This document shows, piece after piece, positions 41,039 through 49,833 of a stretch of 64,000 bases of DNA. The notes beneath the pieces were generated by a model. The model was not told the origin of the DNA and made no database searches. It saw only the letters and a program-made list of their open reading frames with translations. The DNA lies in assembly GCA_963422655.1 (NCBI GenBank), contig OY730440.1:472550-536549 (forward strand), written 5' to 3'. Both the position numbers and the translations under genes were made by a program. This DNA comes from Acidimicrobiales bacterium. GTDB lineage: Bacteria; Actinomycetota; Acidimicrobiia; Acidimicrobiales; Aldehydirespiratoraceae. Numbering within the stretch: the stretch's first letter is position 1; each line of letters begins with the position of its first letter.

Positions 41039-41797
41039 TCAGGACCGGGGGCGGAGATGAATGACGTCACCGGTGTCGATCCGGTACTCGGCGCCGGCCG
41101 CAACCACCACGAGACGACCGAGCTGATCGATGTCATGAGCCTCTCCCTCGATGGGGGGGCTGTGGACCCTCTCCACCCTCACCCGCCGGCCGATAGTAGC
41201 CGATGCCGCTTTCAGCTCGCGGCGAGCCCGGTCGGGATCGGCGAGATAGCCAGGAAGAATATCGACGAGGCGGGCCAGGAGCAGATCCCGATCGGCGGTG
41301 ACAGCCCCCGACTGCGCCAGCGAGGTGGCCACCGGCTCACCGGGGACAGGGTGGAGGTTGAGCCCCAGCCCGACTATCACCACCGATCGGGGCCCGTTCA
41401 CCAGTTCGGAAAGCACCCCGGCCAGCTTGCCCGGTGCAGGCTTGGCCTCGATGACCAGATCGTTGGGCCATTTGGACAAAACCGGGACGGTCAGCAAAGC
41501 GGCGGCTGCGGCCCGGGTCGCAGCCGTCACAGCCGCTACCGGGTCGTACCGCTGCGAGCTCGGGCTCGGCAACCGGAAACTGACCAGCAGCGACCGGCCG
41601 GGGATGTCGAGCCAGCGGCGGTCCAGTCGACCCCGACCCGCGCTCTGGTGATCGGCAACCAGCAGGCAGGCCTCGGTGTCACCCCGACGGGCTTCGGTAG
41701 CCAGATCATCGTTGGTGGAACCCGTAACCGCCACATGGCGCAGCGGACCCAGCCCGGCCCGTCGGGCAGCCCCGTCGCTACGGGTGAGCACGGTCAT
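41039..41797 (-). CDS. birA: Biotin--[acetyl-CoA-carboxylase] ligase (class I, no HTH)
   Basis: HQSAGRGRLDRRW signature (GRGRxxRxW). 252 aa. Divergent from the biotin-dependent carboxylase gene. Confidence 0.88.
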   Translation of the reverse strand: MTVLTRSDGAARRAGLGPLRHVAVTGSTNDDLATEARRGDTEACLLVADHQSAGRGRLDRRWLDIPGRSLLVSFRLPSPSSQRYDPVAAVTAATRAAAAALLTVPVLSKWPNDLVIEAKPAPGKLAGVLSELVNGPRSVVIVGLGLNLHPVPGEPVATSLAQSGAVTADRDLLLARLVDILPGYLADPDRARRELKAASATIGRRVRVERVHSPPIEGEAHDIDQLGRLVVVAAGAEYRIDTGDVIHLRPRS

Positions 41798-41869
41798 GGC
41801 TGCCAGTCTGCGCCGAAGTCGACGGAATCGGTAATCTCACCTCTCATACTCTCCGTGTCAGGTATTTCT

Positions 41870-43618
41870 ATGTTCTCCAAAGTGCTGATCGCCAACCGAG
41901 GCGAGATAGCGGTTCGGGTCATCCGGGCCTGCCGCGAGTTGGGTATCGGCACCGTTGCCGTCTACTCCGAACCTGATCGGAATGCCCTTCACGTCCGCTC
42001 GGCCGACGAGGCCTACGGGCTGGGGGGTCGCACCGCGGCCGAGAGCTATCTGAACGTCGATGCCATCGCCGCCGTCTTGGACCGCAGCGAGGCTGACGCC
42101 GTGCATCCCGGCTACGGGTTCTTCAGCGAGAACGCCGGCTTCGCCCGCACCGTCACCGACCGGGGCGTGACCTTCATCGGCCCGAGCCCGGAAGCGATGG
42201 AGATCATGGGCGATAAGATCTCGGCCCGCCGGGCGGCCGAGTCGGCCGGCGTGGCCGCCGTACCGGGCACGGCAGAACCGATCACCGACCCGGACCAGGT
42301 CGAGGCCTTCGGCGCCGCTCACGGCTGGCCGGTGGCGGTCAAGGCCGCCCACGGGGGCGGGGGCCGAGGTATGAAAGTGATCGCATCGGCCACCGAGATA
42401 GGCGACGCCATCGCATCGGCCCGGCGCGAGGCTCAAGCCTACTTCGGGCGCGACGACCTCTACCTGGAGCGATACCTGGCTGCTCCCCGCCACGTCGAGG
42501 TTCAGATCCTGGCTGACAGCCACGGCCGCTGCCTGCACCTCGGAACCAGGGACTGCTCGGTGCAGCGCCGCCACCAGAAGCTCATCGAGGAGGCGCCGGC
42601 GGCGGGGATCGACACCGAGATAGCCGAGTCCATGGGCCGGGCCGCAGTGGCAGTAGCCCGCCACTGCGACTACGTCAACGCCGGCACGGTGGAGTTCCTG
42701 TACGAAGCCGGACAGTTCTATTTCCTGGAGATGAACACCCGGTTGCAGGTCGAACACACCGTCACCGAACTCGTAACCGGCATCGACCTCGTCGAGATGC
42801 AGCTTCGGGTGGCAGCCGGCGAACCTCTCCCCTTCCCGGCCGGCGGCATCGAGACCCGAGGCCACGCCATCGAGATCCGGGTCAACGCCGAAGACCCGGC
42901 CCGAGGCGCATTTCTCCCCTGCCCGGGGCCGCTGACCGAGTTGCGCCCGGCCCAGGGTTTCGGGACCCGCTGGGACGGCGGTTATGAAGCCGGAGATGAG
43001 ATCAGCCAGTTCTACGACAACCTCATCGGCAAGCTGGTGGTGTGGGGGCGTGATCGTGGCACTGCCATCGGCCGGGCCGTACGAGCCCTCCAAGAGACGA
43101 TCGTCACCGGAGTGGCGACCACCATTCCGGCCCAACTGGCCGTGCTAGCCCACCCCGACTTCGCGGCTTTGGCTCATTTCACTTCTTGGGTCGCCGACCG
43201 TCTCGACCTGAGCTTCATCGCCCCCACACCGACCGGGGGCCCCTCCGGCGACGGTGGCGCCATGCCCCGGCGTGAGATCGACGTGGAAGTCGACGGCAAG
43301 CGCTTCATGGTGTCGATGCCGATTCCCGACCAGGCCGGCCGGAGCCCAGCCGAGGCAACGGATCGCCGCCGGCTATCGCGAACCCCGACGGTGACCGGAC
43401 CGGGCGACGGCCGAGTCGCCGTCGGTATGCAGGGCACGATCGTCAAAGTTCTGGTGGCAGAGGGTGACACCGTGGCCGCCGGTGATCCGGTCGTGGTGCT
43501 CGAAGCTATGAAGATGGAGAACAACATCACCGCCGATGTCTCGGGAACTGTCACCGAGCTCCTCGTCGGCGTCGGCGACCCGGTCGGCAACGGAGACGTC
43601 GTGGCGGTGATCGGCTGA
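41870..43618 (+). CDS. Acetyl/propionyl-CoA carboxylase alpha subunit (biotin carboxylase + BCCP domains)
   Basis: MFSKVLIANRGEIAVRVIRA, GYGFFSEN, GGGGRGMK, and the C-terminal biotinylation motif LEAMKMEN. The 353-aa N-terminal extension in the ORF track is antisense to birA. Confidence 0.93.
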   Translation: MFSKVLIANRGEIAVRVIRACRELGIGTVAVYSEPDRNALHVRSADEAYGLGGRTAAESYLNVDAIAAVLDRSEADAVHPGYGFFSENAGFARTVTDRGVTFIGPSPEAMEIMGDKISARRAAESAGVAAVPGTAEPITDPDQVEAFGAAHGWPVAVKAAHGGGGRGMKVIASATEIGDAIASARREAQAYFGRDDLYLERYLAAPRHVEVQILADSHGRCLHLGTRDCSVQRRHQKLIEEAPAAGIDTEIAESMGRAAVAVARHCDYVNAGTVEFLYEAGQFYFLEMNTRLQVEHTVTELVTGIDLVEMQLRVAAGEPLPFPAGGIETRGHAIEIRVNAEDPARGAFLPCPGPLTELRPAQGFGTRWDGGYEAGDEISQFYDNLIGKLVVWGRDRGTAIGRAVRALQETIVTGVATTIPAQLAVLAHPDFAALAHFTSWVADRLDLSFIAPTPTGGPSGDGGAMPRREIDVEVDGKRFMVSMPIPDQAGRSPAEATDRRRLSRTPTVTGPGDGRVAVGMQGTIVKVLVAEGDTVAAGDPVVVLEAMKMENNITADVSGTVTELLVGVGDPVGNGDVVAVIG

Positions 43619-43629
43619 CAGACGGGCGA

Positions 43630-44988
43630 TCACTCCGCCGCTTCGGCCAAGGCTTCGGACAACGTCGGGTGCACGAGCAGGCTCTCGTGGATGCTGCTCA
43701 CGGTCAGCCCGTTGGTGACAGCCACGGCCAGGACCGAAATGAGTTCGGCCGCGTGGCGCCCGACGATGGACCCCCCCAGCACCACCCCGGTGGCAGGGTC
43801 CGAAACTATCTTGACGAAGCCGCGAGGGTCGTCGTTGATCAGCGCCTTGGGCGCTGACGCGAAGGGAACTTTCGTTACCCGGATCTTGCGGCCCTCGGCA
43901 AAGGCATCGGCCTCGGCCAGACCAACGTCGGCGATCTCCGGCTCGGTAAAGATGGCCGATGCTGCCTTGTCGTAATCGAGATGGCGGTGGGGCCGGTCGG
44001 TACCGAGCCCGAGAGCGTGATAGGCGATCTTGCGACCCTGCATCGCCGCCACCGAAGACAGCGGCAAGCGGCCCGACAGGTCCCCAGCCGCATAGATGTG
44101 GGCAACGTTGGAACGCAGGTCGGCGTCGACGGGAACGTACCCGTCGCGACAGTGCACACCAGCCGATTCGAGACCGAGCCTCTCGCTGTTGGGGACGGAC
44201 CCTATGGCTATCAGCGCGTGGCTGCCTTCGACTACCCGGCCGTCGTCGCAGCGCACGACCACTCCACCGGCGTCCCCGGATGCGGCCACGGCCCGAGCAC
44301 CCTTGAGGAGGCGGACCCCGCTGTCGATGAAGTCCTCCTCGAGGGCGGCGGCCACCTCGGGGTCCTTTTGGGGCAGGATCTGATGGCGGCTGACGATCAG
44401 TGTGACATCGCTGCCCATGGACCGGAAGAGGTGCACGAACTCCACGCCGGTCACCCCGGATCCGATGACGATCATGTGATCGGGAAGCACCTCGGGCGGG
44501 TAACAGTGCCGGGTGGACAGGACCCAACGGCCGTCCACCTCGGCCCAGTCCGGCAGCCGGGGCCGGCTCCCGGTGGCCAGCACCACCACATCGGCACCGA
44601 GCTCGGTGACGCCCTCACCGTCCTCCACGATCACCCGGTGAGGTCCGGCCAGTGCCGCCACGCCCTCGATCAGCCGCACGTTCTGACTGACCAGCAAGGA
44701 CCTGATCGATCCCTCCAACCGGGCTTCGATCCTCTGTAACCGCCCCGCCGCGAGCTTCAGGTCTACCTGTGCACCCGCCTCGGTCAAGCCCATGCCCGCC
44801 GATCGGTGCAGGAAGGACCGGGCGTTGCCGGTGGCAATCATGGCCTTGGACGGGATGCAGTCCCACAGGTGAGCAGCGCCGCCGATGGTGTCACTCTCCA
44901 CCAAGGTGACCTCCGCGCCGAGGCGGGCTGCAGTGGTGGCACAAGAATTGCCGGCCGGGCCGCCCCCGATGATCACCATGCGCGTCAT
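43630..44988 (-). CDS. Pyridine nucleotide-disulfide oxidoreductase, LpdA-like NAD(P)H-quinone dehydrogenase
   Basis: FAD site IIGGGPAG. The usual CxxxxC position reads AAHLWDCIPSK, with a single Cys. A second dinucleotide site is VIGSGVTGVE. 452 aa. Confidence 0.8.
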   Translation of the reverse strand: MTRMVIIGGGPAGNSCATTAARLGAEVTLVESDTIGGAAHLWDCIPSKAMIATGNARSFLHRSAGMGLTEAGAQVDLKLAAGRLQRIEARLEGSIRSLLVSQNVRLIEGVAALAGPHRVIVEDGEGVTELGADVVVLATGSRPRLPDWAEVDGRWVLSTRHCYPPEVLPDHMIVIGSGVTGVEFVHLFRSMGSDVTLIVSRHQILPQKDPEVAAALEEDFIDSGVRLLKGARAVAASGDAGGVVVRCDDGRVVEGSHALIAIGSVPNSERLGLESAGVHCRDGYVPVDADLRSNVAHIYAAGDLSGRLPLSSVAAMQGRKIAYHALGLGTDRPHRHLDYDKAASAIFTEPEIADVGLAEADAFAEGRKIRVTKVPFASAPKALINDDPRGFVKIVSDPATGVVLGGSIVGRHAAELISVLAVAVTNGLTVSSIHESLLVHPTLSEALAEAAE

Positions 44989-45058
44989 GGGTGCTCCAGG
45001 CTACCGCTACCCCCTCTCAGCACCCCCGGTCGGTGGCCCGCCGGTACGGTGGCCGGAC

Positions 45059-46546
45059 GTGAACCGGATCGTGGTGATCCTGCTCGGCATCGTCGGTGCA
45101 GCCGTGGTCGTGCGGTTCGCCACTACTTCCCCCTTGTGGCTGGACGAAGCCTTGTCGGTCAACCTGGCCTCGCTGCCGCGGGCCGACCTGCCCGGCGCGC
45201 TGCGCCATGACGGCCATCCGATCCTCTATTACGCCCTGCTGGGGTTCTGGATCGACATGTTCGGTGATGACGACGGCCCCGTCCGCTGGCTCTCGGCTCT
45301 TTTCTCGCTGGCCACCGTTCCGGCGGTGTGGGCTGGCGCCCGCCGACGGCTGGGCCCGATCCCGGCCCGTTACGCGGCCGTGCTGACCGTCACCTCACCC
45401 TTCGTGATCCGCTACGGGTCAGAGGCTCGAATGTACGCCCTGATGATGCTGATCACGGCTCTGGGCTGGTGGCTGCTGGAAGCATCCCTGGGGCGGCCGA
45501 CCTGGTGGCGACTGACCGCGCTGGCGGCTGTCACCGCGGCCGGGTTGCACACCCACTATTGGATGATCCCGCTGGCGGCGGCGACGATGACGGTTCTGGC
45601 CGCCGGCTGGTTCCGTAGCCCGAACCGGCGCAGGACGCTGGCCGCCATCATGGCGGCTGTGGCCGTTGGCGGCCTCACTTTTGTCGCCTGGCTGGAGGTA
45701 TTCGTCGATCAGTTCCGCCACACCGGCACCCCGTGGGCCAATTGGGCTCGACCGGCCGAGGTGGCGGTGGAAACGATCCAAGCCATCGGTGGCGGCACCC
45801 GGTTCGAGCCCGTGCTGCTCGGTGTGGTGCTGACCTTGGCCATCGTCTTGGGGGCGACGATCCGCCGGACCGGGCACCGCTGGTTGGAGATCGCATCCCC
45901 AGCCCTCAACCCCACTGCCCCGGTGGTGGGGGTGGTGGTGATCAGCCTGAGCGTCGGTGGACTGGCCGCCGCCGTCACCCAGAGTGCTTTCGAGGCCCGC
46001 TACGCCGCTGCCGTCGTCCCTTTGCTACTGGGGCTGGCCGGCCGGGGCTTGGCCGGACTTACAGGCCGGGCCTCGCTTCTGACCTTGGTGGCGGTTGCCG
46101 CCTTCGGTGTGATCGTCGCCGTCGACGACGCCGTCCGAGACCGCACTCAAGGCCAACAGGTGGCCGACACCATCGACGAAGGATCGGCCCCCGGTGATCT
46201 GGTGGTGATATGCCCCGACCAGTTGGCTCCGGCCACGCTGCGCTACCTCGACTCGGCCCTGACGGTGCGTACCTATCCACCTACCGCTGATCCCGGCTTC
46301 ATCGACTGGTTCGACTACCGCGATCGCATCGCCGCCACCGACCCCGTCGAGTACGCCCGAGCCGCGGCCAGAACAGCCGGCTCGGGCACCGTATGGATGG
46401 TCACGATGCCCACCTACCGAGGCTTGGAAGGCCGGTGCGAAGCTGTCTCCACCGAGCTCGACCGCCGGAGAACCCGCCGAACCATGGTCACGTCCGGCCC
46501 CGAGTTCGAGCCGATGTTCCTGTACCGCTTCGAGGCCGGGCCGTGA
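45059..46546 (+). CDS. GT-C glycosyltransferase, GT39/PMT_2-like (polyprenyl-phosphate-mannose dependent type)
   Basis: The first loop SPLWLDEALSV (DE motif) is followed by HPILYYALLGFW and more than 10 TM segments. Start at GTG 45059 chosen to clear the divergent gene; uncertain. Confidence 0.7.
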   Translation: MNRIVVILLGIVGAAVVVRFATTSPLWLDEALSVNLASLPRADLPGALRHDGHPILYYALLGFWIDMFGDDDGPVRWLSALFSLATVPAVWAGARRRLGPIPARYAAVLTVTSPFVIRYGSEARMYALMMLITALGWWLLEASLGRPTWWRLTALAAVTAAGLHTHYWMIPLAAATMTVLAAGWFRSPNRRRTLAAIMAAVAVGGLTFVAWLEVFVDQFRHTGTPWANWARPAEVAVETIQAIGGGTRFEPVLLGVVLTLAIVLGATIRRTGHRWLEIASPALNPTAPVVGVVVISLSVGGLAAAVTQSAFEARYAAAVVPLLLGLAGRGLAGLTGRASLLTLVAVAAFGVIVAVDDAVRDRTQGQQVADTIDEGSAPGDLVVICPDQLAPATLRYLDSALTVRTYPPTADPGFIDWFDYRDRIAATDPVEYARAAARTAGSGTVWMVTMPTYRGLEGRCEAVSTELDRRRTRRTMVTSGPEFEPMFLYRFEAGP

Positions 46547-47625
46547 CCGGCTGGCGCCCCGGCTTCGGGGTGGCCCTGGGGTCGTGGCTCGAGGCCCGTC
46601 TCTACGTCGCCGCCGCCTTCATCGTCACCCATGCCGTCCACGACCGGCTGGGATCCTCACCCGAGCCCAGTCCCGTGCACGACGGGCTGCTGGCTTGGGA
46701 CGGCCGCTGGTACCAGAGCATCGCCACGTCGGGATATGCCGACGCCGCCGACCCGGCCCTGCGGTTCTTTCCTCTTTGGCCCCTGCTGGGACGGGTCCTG
46801 GGCGGGCTGACCGGCGCCGACCGGGGGTTCATCCTGGTGGTGCTGGCCAACGCCGGCGCCTTGATGGCCGCGGCGTTGCTGCATCGCCTCGTCGTCGAAG
46901 AAACCGGCGACTGGGATCTGGCCCGGCGGTCGGTGCGGCTGCTGGCGCTGGCACCCCCATCTTTCGTGCTGGTGCTGGCCTACTCCGAAGCCTTCTATCT
47001 CACCTTGGCGCTGGCGGTGTTCCTGCTGGCCCGCCGACAGCGGTGGTGGGCTGTGGCTGCGGCCGGTTACCTGGCCGGGCTCACCCGCCCGGTCGGGGTG
47101 TTGCTGGCACTGCCGGTGGCCCTGACGGTGGTCACAGCCCGAGCCCAGCGCCGGCCGGGCGCCATCGCCGCCGCCCTGGCTCCGGTGGCCGGAACGGCCA
47201 CGTTCCTGGTGTGGTCCGGTCTGGCCTTGGGCGAGTTCACCGCCCCGCTCACTCGCCAGCGCGAGCTGCGGAGCCTGGCCGAACCGGTCAGCCGCGTGGT
47301 GCGAGCCGCCTACCGGGGCCTGAGAGGCGACGAGGGCGAGCTGTTGCACTTCTTGGCCGCCGTGACGGCGATCTCGCTCACGCTGCTCGTAGTGCGGCGG
47401 CTGGGCCGCTCCATGGCCCTGTACTGCGGGGCGAACCTGATCGTGATGCTTACAACGGGCAACCTCAACAGCCTCGAGCGCTACGGCCTGGCCGCCTTCC
47501 CCCTCGTCATCGCCGCCGCCATGGCCAGCCGCCACCGGTACCTGGACCGCTGGATTCTCGACGCAGCCGCAGCCGGGATGGTCAGCCTCACGATCCTCGC
47601 CCTCAGCGGTGTCTACGTACCGTGA
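46543..47625 (+). CDS. GT-C mannosyltransferase-family membrane protein (PIG-V/GT76-like)
   Basis: LLAWDGRWYQSIATSGY is the WD-x3-Y-x2-IA-x2-GY signature. About 9 TM segments. GTG 46543 overlaps the upstream TGA (GTGA). Confidence 0.7.
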   Translation: MTGWRPGFGVALGSWLEARLYVAAAFIVTHAVHDRLGSSPEPSPVHDGLLAWDGRWYQSIATSGYADAADPALRFFPLWPLLGRVLGGLTGADRGFILVVLANAGALMAAALLHRLVVEETGDWDLARRSVRLLALAPPSFVLVLAYSEAFYLTLALAVFLLARRQRWWAVAAAGYLAGLTRPVGVLLALPVALTVVTARAQRRPGAIAAALAPVAGTATFLVWSGLALGEFTAPLTRQRELRSLAEPVSRVVRAAYRGLRGDEGELLHFLAAVTAISLTLLVVRRLGRSMALYCGANLIVMLTTGNLNSLERYGLAAFPLVIAAAMASRHRYLDRWILDAAAAGMVSLTILALSGVYVP

Positions 47626-47697
47626 ACGGCTCACGACGACATCACGACGACATCGAGGCGGGATAGTCGGGACGGCCGGGGGCGTAGGCTCGCGATC

Positions 47698-48702
47698 GTG
47701 ACGGTGACATCGCGATTCGAAGACACCGCAACGCCGGAGCCCCGAGCCGGAGGCGACGAGCCCGTCGTGGACGTGAGCGTGGTGCTGCCGGTCTACGACG
47801 AGTCGGCGCATCTCACTGCTGAGCTCGATCGCATCACCGCAGCCCTGGCGGCCTCGCCCTACACCTGGGAACTGCTGGTGGTGGACGACGGCTCCAGCGA
47901 CGGCTCCAGCGACCTGGCTGCCGATCGTAACGACGTGAGGCTGCTGCGATCGGCCCGCAACCGGGGCTCGGGCTCGGCCCGGCGGCTCGGCACCCTCGCG
48001 GCCCGGGGCCGAGTAGTAGTGTGGACCGACGCCGACATGACCTACCCCAACCACGAGATCCCGGCTCTGGTGGCGGCTCTGGGCGACAGCGACCAGATCG
48101 TCGGCGCCCGAAACGCCGAGCAGGGGACGCTGAAGCCGCTACGCATCCCGGCCAAGTGGATCATCCGCCGGCTGGCCTCCTATCTCACCCGCACGCCCAT
48201 ACCCGACCTCAACTCGGGTTTCAGGGCCATGCGGCGCGAGGTCGCGACGCAGTTCACCGGCCAGCTCCCCGACGGGTTCTCCTGCGTCACCACGGTCACG
48301 ATGGCGTTCCTGATGAACGGCTACTCGGTGCGTTACACGCCGATCCCCTATGCGGCCCGCAACGGGCGGTCGAAGTTCCACTGGTGGACCGACACCTACC
48401 GTTACCTGCTTCAGGTGATCCGGATGATGCTCTCCCACGACCCTCTGCGGGTGTTCATACCCTTGGCGGCCGCACTGGGTGCCGCCTTCACGGCCAAGCT
48501 CGGCTACGACGTGGTCGCCAAAGACCTGCGCGTGGCCACCAACACGCTGCTGCTCGGTTTCGCCACCCTCCAAGTGCTGGTGGTGGGGCTGCTCGCCGAC
48601 TTGGTGGTGCGAACTGCACGACCCCACCGGCTGATCCCCCCCGCTGACGTCACCGAGACCGACGACCGCTACACCGCAACGGCCGGACGGAAGTCGCCAT
48701 GA
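47698..48702 (+). CDS. GT2 polyprenyl-phosphate sugar synthase (GtrB/ArnC-like, two C-terminal TM helices)
   Basis: VSVVLPVYDES, LLVVDDGSSDGS, WTDADMTY, then C-terminal hydrophobic helices (FIPLAAALGAAF..., LLLGFATLQVLVVGLLADLVV). Confidence 0.85.
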   Translation: MTVTSRFEDTATPEPRAGGDEPVVDVSVVLPVYDESAHLTAELDRITAALAASPYTWELLVVDDGSSDGSSDLAADRNDVRLLRSARNRGSGSARRLGTLAARGRVVVWTDADMTYPNHEIPALVAALGDSDQIVGARNAEQGTLKPLRIPAKWIIRRLASYLTRTPIPDLNSGFRAMRREVATQFTGQLPDGFSCVTTVTMAFLMNGYSVRYTPIPYAARNGRSKFHWWTDTYRYLLQVIRMMLSHDPLRVFIPLAAALGAAFTAKLGYDVVAKDLRVATNTLLLGFATLQVLVVGLLADLVVRTARPHRLIPPADVTETDDRYTATAGRKSP

Positions 48703-49814
48703 CCGGACCAGTCGAGCGCATCGAACTCGCCATCGACGCCACCGCCCTGCTGGCTCCTCGCACCGGAATCGGCGTGTTCACGGCCGAGCTACTGAGAGAA
48801 CTGCCCACCCGGTGCGAGCTGGACGTCTCCGCCTTCACTATCGGCCGACAGAACCGGGGCTGGCTGCCCCACGACGTCAGCGATCAGATCCGTGAGGTGT
48901 CGAGCCGGCTGCTCGACGGACGCATCCGCTGGCTGTGGGACCATCTGTCGGTTCCCCGCCTGGAGTGGTTCGCCGGCCCCGCCGACGTGGTCCACGGCCC
49001 CAACTACCTGGTGCCCCCCACCACCCGAGCCGCCACCGTGGTGACGGTGCACGACGTCGGCTTCGAGCACCGGCCCCCCCTGTGCGCCCCCGGGTCGCTG
49101 GGCCATCGTCAGTCGGTGCGCACCGCCATCGGTCGGGGGGCCTGGGTCCACACCCCTTCCGATTACGTGGCCGGCGAGGTCCGCTCCATCTACCGGGTCG
49201 AGGACGAACGGGTGGTGGCCGTGCCTCTCGGCGTCCGACTACCCCGGGCCGGACCGCACCCGACACCGGGATCGCCTTACGTCTTGGCCCTGGGCTCGTC
49301 GGATCGACGCAAGGACCTCACGACGCTGGTGGCGGCCTTCGACTTGCTGGCGGTGCAACATCGGGACCTGCGCCTCGTCCACGCCGGACCCGACGGTGAC
49401 GCCGCCGAGGAATTGGCTGCCGCCATCGGTCTCAGCCCGCACCGGGACCGCATCGAGCAACTCGGCTGGGTCGACGACGCCACCCGGTCGGCGCTGATCC
49501 GGCAGGCCGCGGTGGTGGCTTACCCGTCCCGCTACGAGGGCTTCGGCTTGGTGCCGCTGGAGGCCATGGCGGCTGGGCGGCCGGTCGTCACCACCCCGGT
49601 GTCGGCCATCCCTGAAGTGTCCGGCGACGCTGCCCTCTACGCCGCCGTAGGCGACTGCGACGACTTGGCCGACACCTTGCAGCAGGCCCTCACCGACTCG
49701 GCACTGATCGCTGATCTCGGGGCCCGAGGCCAGGCCTGGGTCGCGGGCTATACCTGGGAGCGCGCCGCCGACGGCTTGATCGACCTGTACCGCCGGGCCG
49801 TCGCCGGCCGCTGA
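48699..49814 (+). CDS. GT4 glycosyltransferase
   Basis: VAYPSRYEGFGLVPLEAMAAGRPVVTT (EX7E). ATGA overlap with the upstream gene. Confidence 0.85.
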   Translation: MTGPVERIELAIDATALLAPRTGIGVFTAELLRELPTRCELDVSAFTIGRQNRGWLPHDVSDQIREVSSRLLDGRIRWLWDHLSVPRLEWFAGPADVVHGPNYLVPPTTRAATVVTVHDVGFEHRPPLCAPGSLGHRQSVRTAIGRGAWVHTPSDYVAGEVRSIYRVEDERVVAVPLGVRLPRAGPHPTPGSPYVLALGSSDRRKDLTTLVAAFDLLAVQHRDLRLVHAGPDGDAAEELAAAIGLSPHRDRIEQLGWVDDATRSALIRQAAVVAYPSRYEGFGLVPLEAMAAGRPVVTTPVSAIPEVSGDAALYAAVGDCDDLADTLQQALTDSALIADLGARGQAWVAGYTWERAADGLIDLYRRAVAGR

Positions 49815-49833
49815 CCTGCGACGGGCCCGGCCG

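Noticed and set aside
40811-41869. An N-terminal extension of the carboxylase alpha ORF (935-aa version)
   Set aside because: It is antisense to birA and to the LCP 5' end. Biotin carboxylase starts canonically at MFSKVLIANRGE (41870).
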